A stretch of DNA of 64,000 nt. It comes from Alphaproteobacteria bacterium. GTDB taxonomy: Bacteria; Pseudomonadota; Alphaproteobacteria; UBA6615. The notes beneath the pieces were generated by a model. That model did no database searches, was not told the DNA's origin, and worked only from the letters and a program-made list of their open reading frames with translations. The stretch's first letter is position 1. Each line of letters opens with the position of its first letter. The stretch is from NCBI GenBank assembly GCA_050246875.1, contig JBFWVF010000001.1, positions 226,640 through 290,639 on the forward strand. The letters are read 5' to 3'. Below, piece by piece: positions 1 through 8,761 of this stretch. Both the position numbers and the translations under genes were made by a program.

Positions 1-874
1 TGTCGCCGACGCTGACGCCGGGCGCGAAGACCACCGAGGGGCCGATGACGACGTCGCGGCCGAGGCGCGTGTCGTGGGCGAACCACACGGTCGTCGGATC
101 GAGCAGCGTGGCGCCGCCGGCCATGGCGCGGGCGCGCAGTTCCTGCTGCGCCACGGCCTCGGCGACGGCCAGCTCGGCACGCGAGTTGATGCCGAGAAGC
201 TCCTCCTCCCCGCCCTCGACGACCGCGCAGGAACGACCATCCGCGCGGGCGTGAGCGACCGTGTCGGTGAGGTAGAACTCGCCCTTGGCGTTGTTCGTGT
301 CGAGGCGCGCCAGCAGGCCGGGCAGCGCCGCCGCGTCGAAGGCCATGACGCCGGAGTTGCAGAGGCCCGAGGCGAACAGTTCCGGCCCGGCGTCCTTGGC
401 CTCGACGATGCGGTCGAGCCCGCCGGCCGCGTCCAGCACGAGGCGGCCATAGCCGCCGGGTTCGGCCGGCCGGAAGCCGAGCACGACGACGGCGTGGCCG
501 GCCGCGCGCATCTCGACGACGCGGCGCAGGGTGCCGGCGGAGATCAGTGGCGTGTCGCCGTAGAGGACAAGGACCGTGCCGGCGCGGAAGTCGGCCAGCG
601 CCGGCATCGCCGCCCTGACGGCGTCGCCGGTGCCGCGCCGGTCGGCCTGCACTGCCGTCGGCAGTGGCGCCACGGCGCGGGCGACCGTCTCCATGCCGGG
701 ACCCACGACGACCACGGCGCGCTGTGGCGCCAGCGCATCGACCGTCGCCAGCAGATGAGTCACCATCGGCCGGCCGGCGATCCTGTGCATGACCTTCGGC
801 AGGTCGGACTTCATGCGGGTGCCGAGGCCGGCGGCGAGCACGACGACGGCGACCGGGGGGCTGGCGACGGCCAC
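1..874 (-). CDS. glmU: Bifunctional GlmU (UDP-GlcNAc pyrophosphorylase / GlcN-1-P acetyltransferase), C-terminus cut by window edge
   Basis: Minus-strand translation gives [44 protein letters not shown] (GlmU N-terminal motif) followed by hexapeptide-repeat beta-helix [33 protein letters not shown] (881-886 complement) 6 nt before GTG at 874. Confidence 0.85.
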   Translation of the reverse strand, partial: [291 protein letters not shown]

Positions 875-970
875 TTGCGACCTCCCTGCGGTGATGGCGA
901 CTTTCAATGCCACGGCCGCGCGGGGCGGCCCAAGTCACAAATTGTGTGCGGCTGTTGCGCCCCGCCGGCG

Positions 971-1696
971 CTACAGCAGACGAAGCTGCGGCCCGGCAGG
1001 CCTGTCCGTCTCGTCCGGCGCGGGCGGCGCCAGCACCTCCGGCCCCTCGTTGCGCGGGCTGTTGATGCGCGTCGAGATGCGCGCCGCCGCCATCGCCCCC
1101 GCATAGGGCCGCAGCATTGACAGCAGCGCCGGCAGCGGTGTCGCCGGGTCGAGCCAGGCGGCGTGGCTGTCCGGCGGCAGGATGACCGGCATGCGGTGGT
1201 GGATCGGCGCCAGCTGCGCATTGGCCCCGGTGGTGACGAGGGCGCAGGTCTCCAGCGCCGGCAGGCCATCGCGCGCCGCGCGCCGCTCCCACAGGCCGGC
1301 GAAGGCGAAGGGCGGCGCCACCCCGTCCGGCCCCGGCGCCAGGGTGATCCGCCACGGCAGGTTGCCGTCGGGCCGTTCCTGCCACTCGTAGAAGGCGTCT
1401 GCGACCATCAGGCAGCGGCGCTGGCGGAAGGCGGCGCGGAACGACGGCTTCACCGCCACCGTGTCGGCCCGGGCATGGATCAGCCGGCCACTTGTGCCCG
1501 GGTCGTTCGACCAGGCAGGCACCAGCCCCCAGACGAGGCTGGCGAACCGCCGCGTGCCGTCCGCCGCAAGGCGGACCGCCAGCACCTCCTGCGTCGGCGC
1601 GATGTTCCAGCGCGGCGCGAGGTTCGGCCGTTCGTCGACGCCGAACAGCCGCGCGACGCTCTCGACGGGGGTGGTCAGCGAATAGCGCCCGCACAT
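971..1696 (-). CDS. SOS response-associated peptidase (SRAP/YedK/HMCES family, abasic-site DNA-protein crosslink)
   Basis: 241 aa starting MCGRYSL (catalytic Cys2), WNIAPTQ and RMPVIL motifs typical of SRAP/DUF159. Confidence 0.85.
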   Translation of the reverse strand: MCGRYSLTTPVESVARLFGVDERPNLAPRWNIAPTQEVLAVRLAADGTRRFASLVWGLVPAWSNDPGTSGRLIHARADTVAVKPSFRAAFRQRRCLMVADAFYEWQERPDGNLPWRITLAPGPDGVAPPFAFAGLWERRAARDGLPALETCALVTTGANAQLAPIHHRMPVILPPDSHAAWLDPATPLPALLSMLRPYAGAMAAARISTRINSPRNEGPEVLAPPAPDETDRPAGPQLRLL

Positions 1697-1775
1697 GGCC
1701 GCACGCCGGCCGCTATCGCCGCCGCGGCCGCGCCGTGTCCCCGGCGAGCTTGACCCGTGCGCGGAAAGAGAGCAT

Positions 1776-1790
1776 GTTCACGTATTGTTC
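1776..1790. promoter_or_regulatory. Candidate alphaproteobacterial LexA box (GTTC-N7-GTTC direct repeat)
   Basis: GTTCacgtattGTTC about 80 bp upstream of the SRAP start in the divergent SRAP/nrdA intergenic region. A third GTTC follows at 1794-1797. Confidence 0.5.
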
Positions 1791-1805
1791 CGGTTCACGA
1801 AGCGG

Positions 1806-1820
1806 CAATATTTGGTAACA
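1806..1820. promoter_or_regulatory. Possible NrdR box 1 (weak)
   Basis: caatatttggtaaca lies 30 bp upstream of the better box 2. The phasing is right for tandem NrdR boxes but the palindrome is poor. Confidence 0.3.
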
Positions 1821-1835
1821 TCGCTCGGGGCCATA

Positions 1836-1850
1836 ACAATATCTAGTGTT
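1836..1850. promoter_or_regulatory. Possible NrdR box 2
   Basis: acaatatctagtgtt is an imperfect palindrome resembling the NrdR consensus acaCwAtATaTwGtgt, about 70 bp upstream of the nrdA ATG. Confidence 0.45.
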
Positions 1851-1917
1851 TTTATCCCCGGATTTCGAAGCGGGGCTGTCCCCAGCCTGTGGATGGGGGC
1901 CGTTGGGGAGGTTGTCG

Positions 1918-3867
1918 ATGGACGGATCAGCGGCGCTTGCGGGGTCGGCGGCGGGTGTGGACAACGTGGCGGTCGACGTCGCGGGCGGGGCGAGGCCGGC
2001 GCCGGACCTCATCGCCCATGACCGCGCCACCGCCAATATCTACCAGACCGACCGCGTCCGCATCGTCATCGACCGGGCCCGCGACGGGCTGCTCACCCGC
2101 TTCGGCAAGGCGACGCTCGCCGACCGCTACCTGCTGCCCGACGAGGACACGCCGCAGAAGCTGTTCGCCCGCGTCGCCTGCCACTACGCCGACGATTCGG
2201 CGCACGCCCAGCGGCTCTACGACTACATTTCGCGGCTGTGGTTCATGCCGGCGACGCCCGTGCTGTCCAACGGCGGCACGCGGCGCGGCCTGCCGATCTC
2301 CTGCTTCCTCAACGAGGCCTCGGACTCGCTTGAGGGCATCGTCGGCCTGTGGAATGAGAATGTCTGGCTGGCGGCGCGCGGCGGCGGCATCGGCAGCTAC
2401 TGGGGCAATCTGCGCTCGATCGGCGAGCAGGTCGGCCGCAACGGCAAGACCTCCGGCGTGATCCCCTTCATCCGCGTCATGGACGCGCTGACGCTGGCCA
2501 TCTCGCAGGGCTCCCTGCGGCGCGGCTCGGCCGCCGTCTACCTGCCGGTCGACCATCCCGAGATCGAGGAATTCGTCGAGATGCGCCGCCCGACCGGCGG
2601 CGATACCAACCGCAAGGCGCTCAACCTGCACCACGGCGTGCTGGTGCCGGACGAATTCATGCGGGCCGTGGCGGCCGACGGCGAATGGGCGCTGGTCAGC
2701 CCCAAGGACCAGTCGGTCATCCGCCGCATCAAGGCGCGGGCGCTGTGGATCCGCATCCTCACCGCGCGCATCGAGACGGGCGAGCCCTACCTCGTCTTCT
2801 CCGATACCGTGAACCGCCACACGCCCGAGCATCACAAGCTCGCCGGGCTGGGCGTGCGCACCTCCAACCTGTGCTCGGAGATCACCCTGCCGACCGGGCC
2901 CGACCATCTCGGCAACGAGCGCACGGCGGTGTGCTGCCTGTCGTCGCTCAACCTCGACACCTTCCTCGAATGGCGCGGCGACGAGCGCTTCATCGAGGAC
3001 GTCATGCGCTTCCTCGACAACGTGCTGCAGGACTTCATCGACACCGCCGACGAGTCCTTCGCGCGCGCCAAGTACGCGGCGATGCGCGAACGCTCGGTCG
3101 GTCTCGGCGTGATGGGCTTCCACTCCTTCCTGCAGGAGCAGGGCGTGCCGTTCGAGAGCGCCATGGCCAAGGCGTGGAACAACAACATCTTCCGCCACAT
3201 CAAGAAGGGCGTCGACGCCGCCTCGCGCAGGCTGGCGGTGGAGCGCGGCCCCTGCCCCGACGCCGCCGACTACGGCGCCGTGGAGCGCTTCTCCAACAAG
3301 ACCGCCATCGCGCCGACGGCGTCGATCTCGATCATCTGCGGCGGCGCCGCGCCGGGCATCGAGCCGATCGCCGCCAATTCCTTCACCCACAAGACGCTGT
3401 CGGGCTCCTTCACCGTGCGTTCGCGCGCGCTCTCGCGCCTGCTGGCGGCCAAGGGCCGCGACGACGACGAGACCTGGTCGTCGATCGTCGCCAACGAGGG
3501 CTCGGTCGCCCATCTCGACTGCCTCGACGACGACGAGAAGGCGGTGTTCAAGACCGCCTTCGAGATCGACCAGCGCTGGGTGATCGACCTCGCCGCCGAC
3601 CGCGCGACGCTGGTCGACCAGTCGCAGTCGCTCAACGTCTTCCTCGCCGCCGACATCCACAAGCGCGACCTGCACCAGCTGCACTATCAGGCCTGGAAGA
3701 AGGGCGTGAAAAGCCTCTACTACCTGCGCTCGAAGTCGCTGCAGCGCTCGGAAACGATCGCCGGCGTGACGCCGACCTTCGCCGCCGTGCCGGTCACCGA
3801 GGACGCCGAGGCCGACCGCGCCGCGGCCAGCCGCAACGACTACGAGGAATGCCTCGCCTGCCAGTAG
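1918..3867 (+). CDS. nrdA: Ribonucleoside-diphosphate reductase class Ia alpha subunit
   Basis: Start ATG 1918 preceded by GGGGAGG (1905-1911). RNR large-subunit motifs (PVLSNGGTRRG, NLCSEI, GLGVMGFHS). The upstream in-frame extension from 1846 has no RBS. Confidence 0.9.
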   Translation: MDGSAALAGSAAGVDNVAVDVAGGARPAPDLIAHDRATANIYQTDRVRIVIDRARDGLLTRFGKATLADRYLLPDEDTPQKLFARVACHYADDSAHAQRLYDYISRLWFMPATPVLSNGGTRRGLPISCFLNEASDSLEGIVGLWNENVWLAARGGGIGSYWGNLRSIGEQVGRNGKTSGVIPFIRVMDALTLAISQGSLRRGSAAVYLPVDHPEIEEFVEMRRPTGGDTNRKALNLHHGVLVPDEFMRAVAADGEWALVSPKDQSVIRRIKARALWIRILTARIETGEPYLVFSDTVNRHTPEHHKLAGLGVRTSNLCSEITLPTGPDHLGNERTAVCCLSSLNLDTFLEWRGDERFIEDVMRFLDNVLQDFIDTADESFARAKYAAMRERSVGLGVMGFHSFLQEQGVPFESAMAKAWNNNIFRHIKKGVDAASRRLAVERGPCPDAADYGAVERFSNKTAIAPTASISIICGGAAPGIEPIAANSFTHKTLSGSFTVRSRALSRLLAAKGRDDDETWSSIVANEGSVAHLDCLDDDEKAVFKTAFEIDQRWVIDLAADRATLVDQSQSLNVFLAADIHKRDLHQLHYQAWKKGVKSLYYLRSKSLQRSETIAGVTPTFAAVPVTEDAEADRAAASRNDYEECLACQ

Positions 3868-3892
3868 GCCGGCTCGGCACGGGGACACCAAG

Positions 3893-4852
3893 ATGCCACT
3901 TCTCGAGGAGCGTATCGGCTACAAGCCGTTCGAGTATCCGTGGGCCTACGATGCCTGGCTGCAGCAGCAGCGCATCCACTGGCTGCCGGAGGAAGTGCCG
4001 CTCGCCGACGACGTGAAGGACTGGCACCGCACGCTGACCGACAGCGAGCGCAACCTGCTGGCGCACATCTTCCGCTTCTTCACCCAGTCCGACGTCGAGG
4101 TGAACAACTGCTACATGCGCCACTACGCGCGCGTGTTCAAACCGACCGAGGTGCAGATGATGCTGGCGGCCTTCTCGAATATCGAGACGGTCCACATCGC
4201 CGCCTACTCGCACCTGCTCGACACCATCGGCATGCCGCAGACCGAGTACCAGGCCTTCCTGCAGTACAAGCAGATGAAGGACAAGTACGACTACATGCAG
4301 CAGTTCGGCGTCGACACGCCGGCCGACATCGCCCGCACGCTGGCTGTGTTCGGCGCCTTCACCGAGGGCCTGCAGCTCTTCGCCAGCTTCGCCATCCTGC
4401 TCAACTTCCCGCGCTTCGGGAAGATGAAGGGCATGGGCCAGATCGTCTCGTGGTCGGTGCGCGACGAGTCGCTGCACACCGCCTCGATCATCAACCTGTT
4501 CCGCAGCTTCGTCGCCGAGCACCCGCAGATCGCCGGGCCGGCGCTGGAGCGCGACCTTTACGTCGCCTGCGAGACGGTGGTCGAGCACGAGGACGCCTTC
4601 ATCGACCTCGCCTTCGAACTCGGCGGCGTCGAGGGCCTCGAGGCGGCGGAAGTGAAGCGCTATATCCGCTGGACCGCCGACCGCCGGCTCGCCCAGCTCG
4701 GCCTGCAGCCGCTCTACCGGCTGGAGAAGAACCCGCTGCCATGGCTGGAGGAGATGCTCAACGGCATCGAGCACGCCAATTTCTTCGAGAACCGGGCGAC
4801 CGAGTACTCGAAGGCGGCGACGCGCGGCTCGTGGGACGAGGCCTTCGAATAG
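3893..4852 (+). CDS. nrdB: Ribonucleoside-diphosphate reductase beta subunit
   Basis: 319 aa, RNR R2 ferritin-like residues (EEVPLADDVKDW, IETVHIAAYSHLL). 25 bp after the nrdA stop. Confidence 0.9.
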   Translation: MPLLEERIGYKPFEYPWAYDAWLQQQRIHWLPEEVPLADDVKDWHRTLTDSERNLLAHIFRFFTQSDVEVNNCYMRHYARVFKPTEVQMMLAAFSNIETVHIAAYSHLLDTIGMPQTEYQAFLQYKQMKDKYDYMQQFGVDTPADIARTLAVFGAFTEGLQLFASFAILLNFPRFGKMKGMGQIVSWSVRDESLHTASIINLFRSFVAEHPQIAGPALERDLYVACETVVEHEDAFIDLAFELGGVEGLEAAEVKRYIRWTADRRLAQLGLQPLYRLEKNPLPWLEEMLNGIEHANFFENRATEYSKAATRGSWDEAFE

Positions 4853-4858
4853 GCAGCC

Positions 4859-5080
4859 CTAGCCGCGCAGTTCCCTGAGCACGAAGACCCGGATCGCGCT
4901 CGACAGCGAGCCCGGCCGCTGGCGGTCGATGTCGGTGACCAGTTCGTTGACGGACAGGCTGCGATCGGACGCGATGTCGCGCAACCGGTCCCAGAACACC
5001 GTCTCCAGGGAAACCGAGGTGCGGTGACCCGCGACGACGACCGAGCGCTTCTTCGTCTGCGACGCGATCGCCCCGGGCAT
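4859..5080 (-). CDS. Small ribbon-helix-helix (RHH_4-like) protein
   Basis: 73 aa, MPGAIASQTKKRSVVVAGHRTSVSLETVFWDRLRDIASDRSLSVNELVTDIDRQ. It is the real C-terminal part of the 630-aa track ORF and sits 14 nt downstream of the fumC stop. Confidence 0.55.
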   Translation of the reverse strand: MPGAIASQTKKRSVVVAGHRTSVSLETVFWDRLRDIASDRSLSVNELVTDIDRQRPGSLSSAIRVFVLRELRG

Positions 5081-5094
5081 TCCGACGCGCCGGC

Positions 5095-6489
5095 CTAGCC
5101 CGGCGCGATCATCTTCTCCGGCTTCACCCATGCGTTGTACTGATCCTCCGTCAGCAGACCGAGGGCAATGGCCGCCTCCTTGAGCGTCGTGCCTTCGGCA
5201 TGCGCCTTCTTCGCCACCTTGGCGGCATTGTCGTAGCCGATGTGCGGATTGAGCGCCGTCACGAGCATCAATGACTGCTCCATGAGCTGACGGATGCGCA
5301 CCGTGTTCGCCTCGATCCCCGCAACGCAACGATCCGCGAAGCTGCGCGCGGCGTCGCCAAGCAGGCGGGCCGACTGCAGCACGTTGGCGACGATGACCGG
5401 CTTGAAGACGTTGAGCTCGAAATGGCCCTGGCTTCCGGCAACTGTGACGGCGACGTGGTTGCCCATGATCTGGCAGGCGACCATGGTGATTGCCTCGGCC
5501 TGCGTCGGGTTGACCTTGCCCGGCATGATCGACGAGCCGGGCTCGTTCTCCGGCAGCAGCAGCTCGCCGATACCGCTGCGCGGGCCCGAGCCGAGAAAGC
5601 GGATGTCGTTGGCGATCTTCATCACCGCCACGGCACCCACGTTGAGCGCCCCCGAGGCGGCGACCAGCGCGTCGTGCGCGGCGAGGCCGGCAAACTTGTT
5701 GGCCATGCTGGCGAAAGGCTTGCCGGTGGCCCGCGCCACTTCCATCGCAAAGCGGGCGGAAAATTCGGGATGCGTGTTGAGGCCGGTGCCGACGGCAGTG
5801 CCGCCCTGGGCAAGCTGCTGCAGGTCCGGCAGCGCGCGGCGCACGCCGGCCATGACGCCGTCGATCTGCGCGACGTAGCCGGAGAATTCCTGGCCCAGCG
5901 TCAGCGGTGTCGCGTCCTGAGTATGGGTGCGGCCGATCTTGATGATGTCGGCGAAGGTCCGCGCCTTGGCGTCGAGCGCATCGCGCAGATGTGCGAGGCC
6001 GGGCAGCAGGCGATCCTCGAATTCCAGCGCGGCGGCGATGTGCATGACCGCCGGAAAGCTGTCGTTCGACGACTGGCCGCGGTTGACGTGGTCGTTGGGG
6101 TGAACCGGCTTCTTGTCGCCGCGCTTGCCGCCGAGCAGTTCGTTGGCGCGGTTGGCGATCACCTCGTTGGCATTCATGTTGGTCTGGGTGCCCGAGCCGG
6201 TCTGCCAGATGACCAGCGGGAAGTGATCGTCGAACTTGCCGTCGACCACTTCCTGCGCCGCCGTGCAGATGGCCTCGCCGACCTTGGCGTCGAGCACGCC
6301 GAGCGCCATGTTGGCGCGGGCGGCGGCCAGCTTCTGGATGCCGAACGCGCGCACGAGGCCGAGCGGCATGCGCTCGCCGCCGATGGGGAAATTCTCGATG
6401 CTGCGCTGGGTCTGGGCGCCCCAGTAGCGGTCGTCGGCGACCTCCACCGGGCCCATCGTGTCGGATTCGGTACGCGTCTTCGTCGCCAT
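5095..6489 (-). CDS. fumC: Fumarate hydratase class II
   Basis: 465 aa from internal ATG 6489 ([17 protein letters not shown]). [16 protein letters not shown] signature. RBS AGGGGG upstream. The 116-aa N-terminal extension in the track is not FumC-like. Confidence 0.9.
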   Translation of the reverse strand: MATKTRTESDTMGPVEVADDRYWGAQTQRSIENFPIGGERMPLGLVRAFGIQKLAAARANMALGVLDAKVGEAICTAAQEVVDGKFDDHFPLVIWQTGSGTQTNMNANEVIANRANELLGGKRGDKKPVHPNDHVNRGQSSNDSFPAVMHIAAALEFEDRLLPGLAHLRDALDAKARTFADIIKIGRTHTQDATPLTLGQEFSGYVAQIDGVMAGVRRALPDLQQLAQGGTAVGTGLNTHPEFSARFAMEVARATGKPFASMANKFAGLAAHDALVAASGALNVGAVAVMKIANDIRFLGSGPRSGIGELLLPENEPGSSIMPGKVNPTQAEAITMVACQIMGNHVAVTVAGSQGHFELNVFKPVIVANVLQSARLLGDAARSFADRCVAGIEANTVRIRQLMEQSLMLVTALNPHIGYDNAAKVAKKAHAEGTTLKEAAIALGLLTEDQYNAWVKPEKMIAPG

Positions 6490-6551
6490 GCTCGCCCCCT
6501 GCCGGCCTGAGTCCGCCGGCGGGCGACGGTGTAACACGCCGGACGTGCCGG

Positions 6552-6923
6552 TCAACGCCGGCGCAACGCGCCTTTCCGGCGGGCGGACTTGACGGTCTTG
6601 GCCGGCGCGCGCATCGCGGCATCCAGCGCTGCGCGCAGCCACGGCCGCAACGACTCGGCGTCCTCGAGCGCACCGTCCGGCGTCCGCCACCATTTGCCGA
6701 TGGTGATGTTCCGGTCGCCGCGCGAATACACGAAGGGCTCGGATCCGGCATCCTCGAACGACGCCTGCGTGACCTCGTCGGCCTTCAGGTACAACTCGTC
6801 GTCGATGACGATGGCGAACATGCGCCCGTCGCGCCACAGGCCGACGGCGCCGAACATGCGCCGGGGCGATACCGCGGGATCGCCGATCAGGTCGAGCACA
6901 TGGGCGATGAAACCGTCGTCCAC
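6552..6923 (-). CDS. TfoX/Sxy N-terminal-domain protein
   Basis: 123 aa, [28 protein letters not shown] fits TfoX_N. The start lies 5 nt after the sspB stop. Confidence 0.7.
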   Translation of the reverse strand: MDDGFIAHVLDLIGDPAVSPRRMFGAVGLWRDGRMFAIVIDDELYLKADEVTQASFEDAGSEPFVYSRGDRNITIGKWWRTPDGALEDAESLRPWLRAALDAAMRAPAKTVKSARRKGALRRR

Positions 6924-6928
6924 CGCCG

Positions 6929-7453
6929 CTACTTCTTGCGGAACTGGTCGAGCGTGACGACCTCCGCGCCGGCGGCGGGAACTGGCTGTTCGTCTCCAGC
7001 CCCGTCGCCTTCGGCCGTTCGCGATCCGGTCGCGGGCTGGCCCTCGAAGCGCTCGACGTTGGCCGGCGGCGCCGTTTCGTCGACAGGCGCCGCTTCCGGC
7101 GCCGCGTCGAACTGCAGGCCGAAGCGCACGGACGGATCGACGAAGGCCGCGAGCGCGGCGAACGGCACCACGAGCACCGCCGGACGGCCGCCGAACGACA
7201 GCGTCACGGAAAACCCTTCCTTGTCGACGATGAGGTCGCGGAACTGGTGCTGGAGGACGATGGTCATTTCTTCCGGGTACTGCGCCAGCAGGAAGTCCGG
7301 AATGACGACGCCCGGCGCGCGCGTGCGGAACGTTATGTAGAAATGATGCGCGCCAGGCAGCCCCTTGTGCGCGGCAACGTCGAGCGCCTGCCGCACGACA
7401 CCGCGCAACGCGCCTTCGACCATGCGGTCGTATTGCAGTCCTTCATCCACCAT
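6929..7453 (-). CDS. sspB: ClpXP adaptor SspB (stringent starvation protein B, alpha-type)
   Basis: [13 protein letters not shown]...[19 protein letters not shown]...[14 protein letters not shown]...LSFGGRP matches SspB-alpha. Start taken at ATG 7453 (MVDEG). An alternative ATG lies at 7495. Confidence 0.8.
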   Translation of the reverse strand: MVDEGLQYDRMVEGALRGVVRQALDVAAHKGLPGAHHFYITFRTRAPGVVIPDFLLAQYPEEMTIVLQHQFRDLIVDKEGFSVTLSFGGRPAVLVVPFAALAAFVDPSVRFGLQFDAAPEAAPVDETAPPANVERFEGQPATGSRTAEGDGAGDEQPVPAAGAEVVTLDQFRKK

Positions 7454-7504
7454 GATGATTCGAGGTAAGCGCGCCCGTGCCGGCCCGGTCAACACCTGAT
7501 GCCG

Positions 7505-7830
7505 CGCGGTACGGGTTTTTCTGTGGGCAGGAAAGTGGGGGGCTTCTGTTGCCCGGTGCCCCCCGGACCGCGCTTGTCAGAGGCTGTTAGGCCGCGACAG
7601 CGAGAGGCGCAACGTTGTCGTTGGCACCTGAGGTTTGGCCCGATAACGGCGGTACCATGCCGGGCAAAAGCGCTGCCTTTACCCACGCGTCGATCCTGTT
7701 TCGCCCCCGTCGGCGCGGGACCGTCGCACGGTCCCGCGTAAAACTGGTGGAGGCGCCGGGTACTGCCCCCGGGTCCGCAGTGGTTATTACACAGAACGTT
7801 TATCGCCATAGCCGGACTTGCGCCCGGCAA
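7505..7830 (-). ncRNA. ssrA: Two-piece (circularly permuted) tmRNA, ssrA: acceptor piece, intervening hairpin, coding piece
   Basis: On the minus strand the acceptor piece ends ...CCCGGCGCCUCCACCA (7746-7762 complement). An excised hairpin GCGGGACCGUGCGACGGUCCCGC follows. The coding piece then starts GGGGGCGAAACAGGAUCGACGCGUGGG, where 5' GGGGGCG pairs with CGCCUCC to give a G3:U70 wobble. The tag frame GCC AAC GAC AAC GUU GCG CCU CUC GCU GUC GCG GCC UAA encodes ANDNVAPLAVAA-stop. Boundaries are approximate. Confidence 0.78.
7587..7625 (-). other. tmRNA tag-peptide reading frame (ANDNVAPLAVAA, stop UAA)
   Basis: Resume codon GCC at 7623-7625 (complement), stop TAA at 7587-7589 (complement). 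The peptide is of the classic alphaproteobacterial ANDN...AA type. Confidence 0.75.
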
Positions 7831-7960
7831 GGGACAATATAGGGCGTCGAAGGGGGCATTAGAAGGGTTGTCCCCGGCATTCGCCGGTGCGCCCCCCGCC
7901 GCCGCGCCGTACAATCGGTGCCTGCCCGAGTCTCGCCTTGCCGAGGAAGGCCGTCCGCGC

Positions 7961-8755
7961 GTGCAGCAATATCTCGACCTCCTGCGCCATGTGCGCTCCG
8001 CCGGCGTGTTCCGGCCCGATCGCACGGGCACCGGTACATGGTCCGTGTTCGGCTACCAGATGCGCTTCGACCTCGCCGCAGGCTTTCCGCTGGTGACGAC
8101 GAAGCGGCTGCACCTGCGCTCGATCGTGCATGAGCTTCTGTGGTTCATCGCCGGAGACACCAACGTTCGCTACCTCAACGACAACAAGGTATCGATCTGG
8201 GACGAATGGGCCGACGCCGATGGCGATCTCGGTCCCATCTACGGCCGGCAGTGGCGCTCCTGGCCGGCACCGGACGGCCACACGATCGACCAGCTCGCCT
8301 GGGTCGTCGACGAGATCCGCCGCAATCCCAATTCGCGCCGTCTCGTCGTCTCGGCATGGAACGTCGGGGAGCTGGCGCAGATGCGGCTTGCGCCGTGCCA
8401 CTGCCTGTTCCAGTTCTACGTCGCCGACGGTCGCCTCTCGTGCCAGCTCTACCAGCGCAGCGCCGACATCTTCCTCGGCGTGCCGTTCAACATCGCCTCC
8501 TACGCGCTGCTGACGTGCCTCGTCGCACAGGCGACCGGACTGGCGCCGGGCGACTTCGTGCACACGCTGGGCGACGCGCATCTCTATGCCAATCACGGCG
8601 AACAGGCCGATCGCCAGCTCGAGCGCGCGCCGTATCCGCTGCCGCGCCTCGTGCTCGACCCATCTGTGAAGGACCTGTTCGCCTTCCGCTTCGAGCACAT
8701 AGCGGTCGAGGGCTACCGCTTCCATCCGCACATTCCAGCCGCCGTCGCGGTCTAG
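7961..8755 (+). CDS. thyA: Thymidylate synthase
   Basis: GTG 7961 (VQQYLDLL...) gives 264 aa collinear with E. coli ThyA (DRTGTGT, catalytic CHC). RBS GAGGAAGG at 7943-7950. Confidence 0.9.
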   Translation: MQQYLDLLRHVRSAGVFRPDRTGTGTWSVFGYQMRFDLAAGFPLVTTKRLHLRSIVHELLWFIAGDTNVRYLNDNKVSIWDEWADADGDLGPIYGRQWRSWPAPDGHTIDQLAWVVDEIRRNPNSRRLVVSAWNVGELAQMRLAPCHCLFQFYVADGRLSCQLYQRSADIFLGVPFNIASYALLTCLVAQATGLAPGDFVHTLGDAHLYANHGEQADRQLERAPYPLPRLVLDPSVKDLFAFRFEHIAVEGYRFHPHIPAAVAV

Positions 8756-8761
8756 TCCGAG

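Noticed and set aside
74-1120. 348-aa plus-strand ORF
   Set aside because: Antisense to glmU. It is Arg/Gly/Ala-rich low-complexity translation typical of high-GC antisense frames, with no RBS.
1700-1917. Possible cobalamin riboswitch ahead of the RNR
   Set aside because: The reductase is class Ia nrdAB, which is not B12-dependent. The leader is short and shows protein-binding boxes instead.
1927-3891. 654-aa minus-strand ORF
   Set aside because: Antisense of nrdA, a GC-frame artefact.
5081-6751. N-terminal 557 aa of the 630-aa minus ORF 4859..6751
   Set aside because: It overlaps fumC out of frame and has no homolog-like sequence. Only the last 73 codons (4859-5080) form a plausible RHH gene.
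7746-7775. Canonical UUCGAAU T-loop in the tmRNA acceptor piece
   Set aside because: It is not found. The stem CCGGG/CCCGG encloses GGCAGUA. I kept the tmRNA call on the stronger tag, 5'-end, CCA and G:U evidence and flagged the T-loop as an anomaly.
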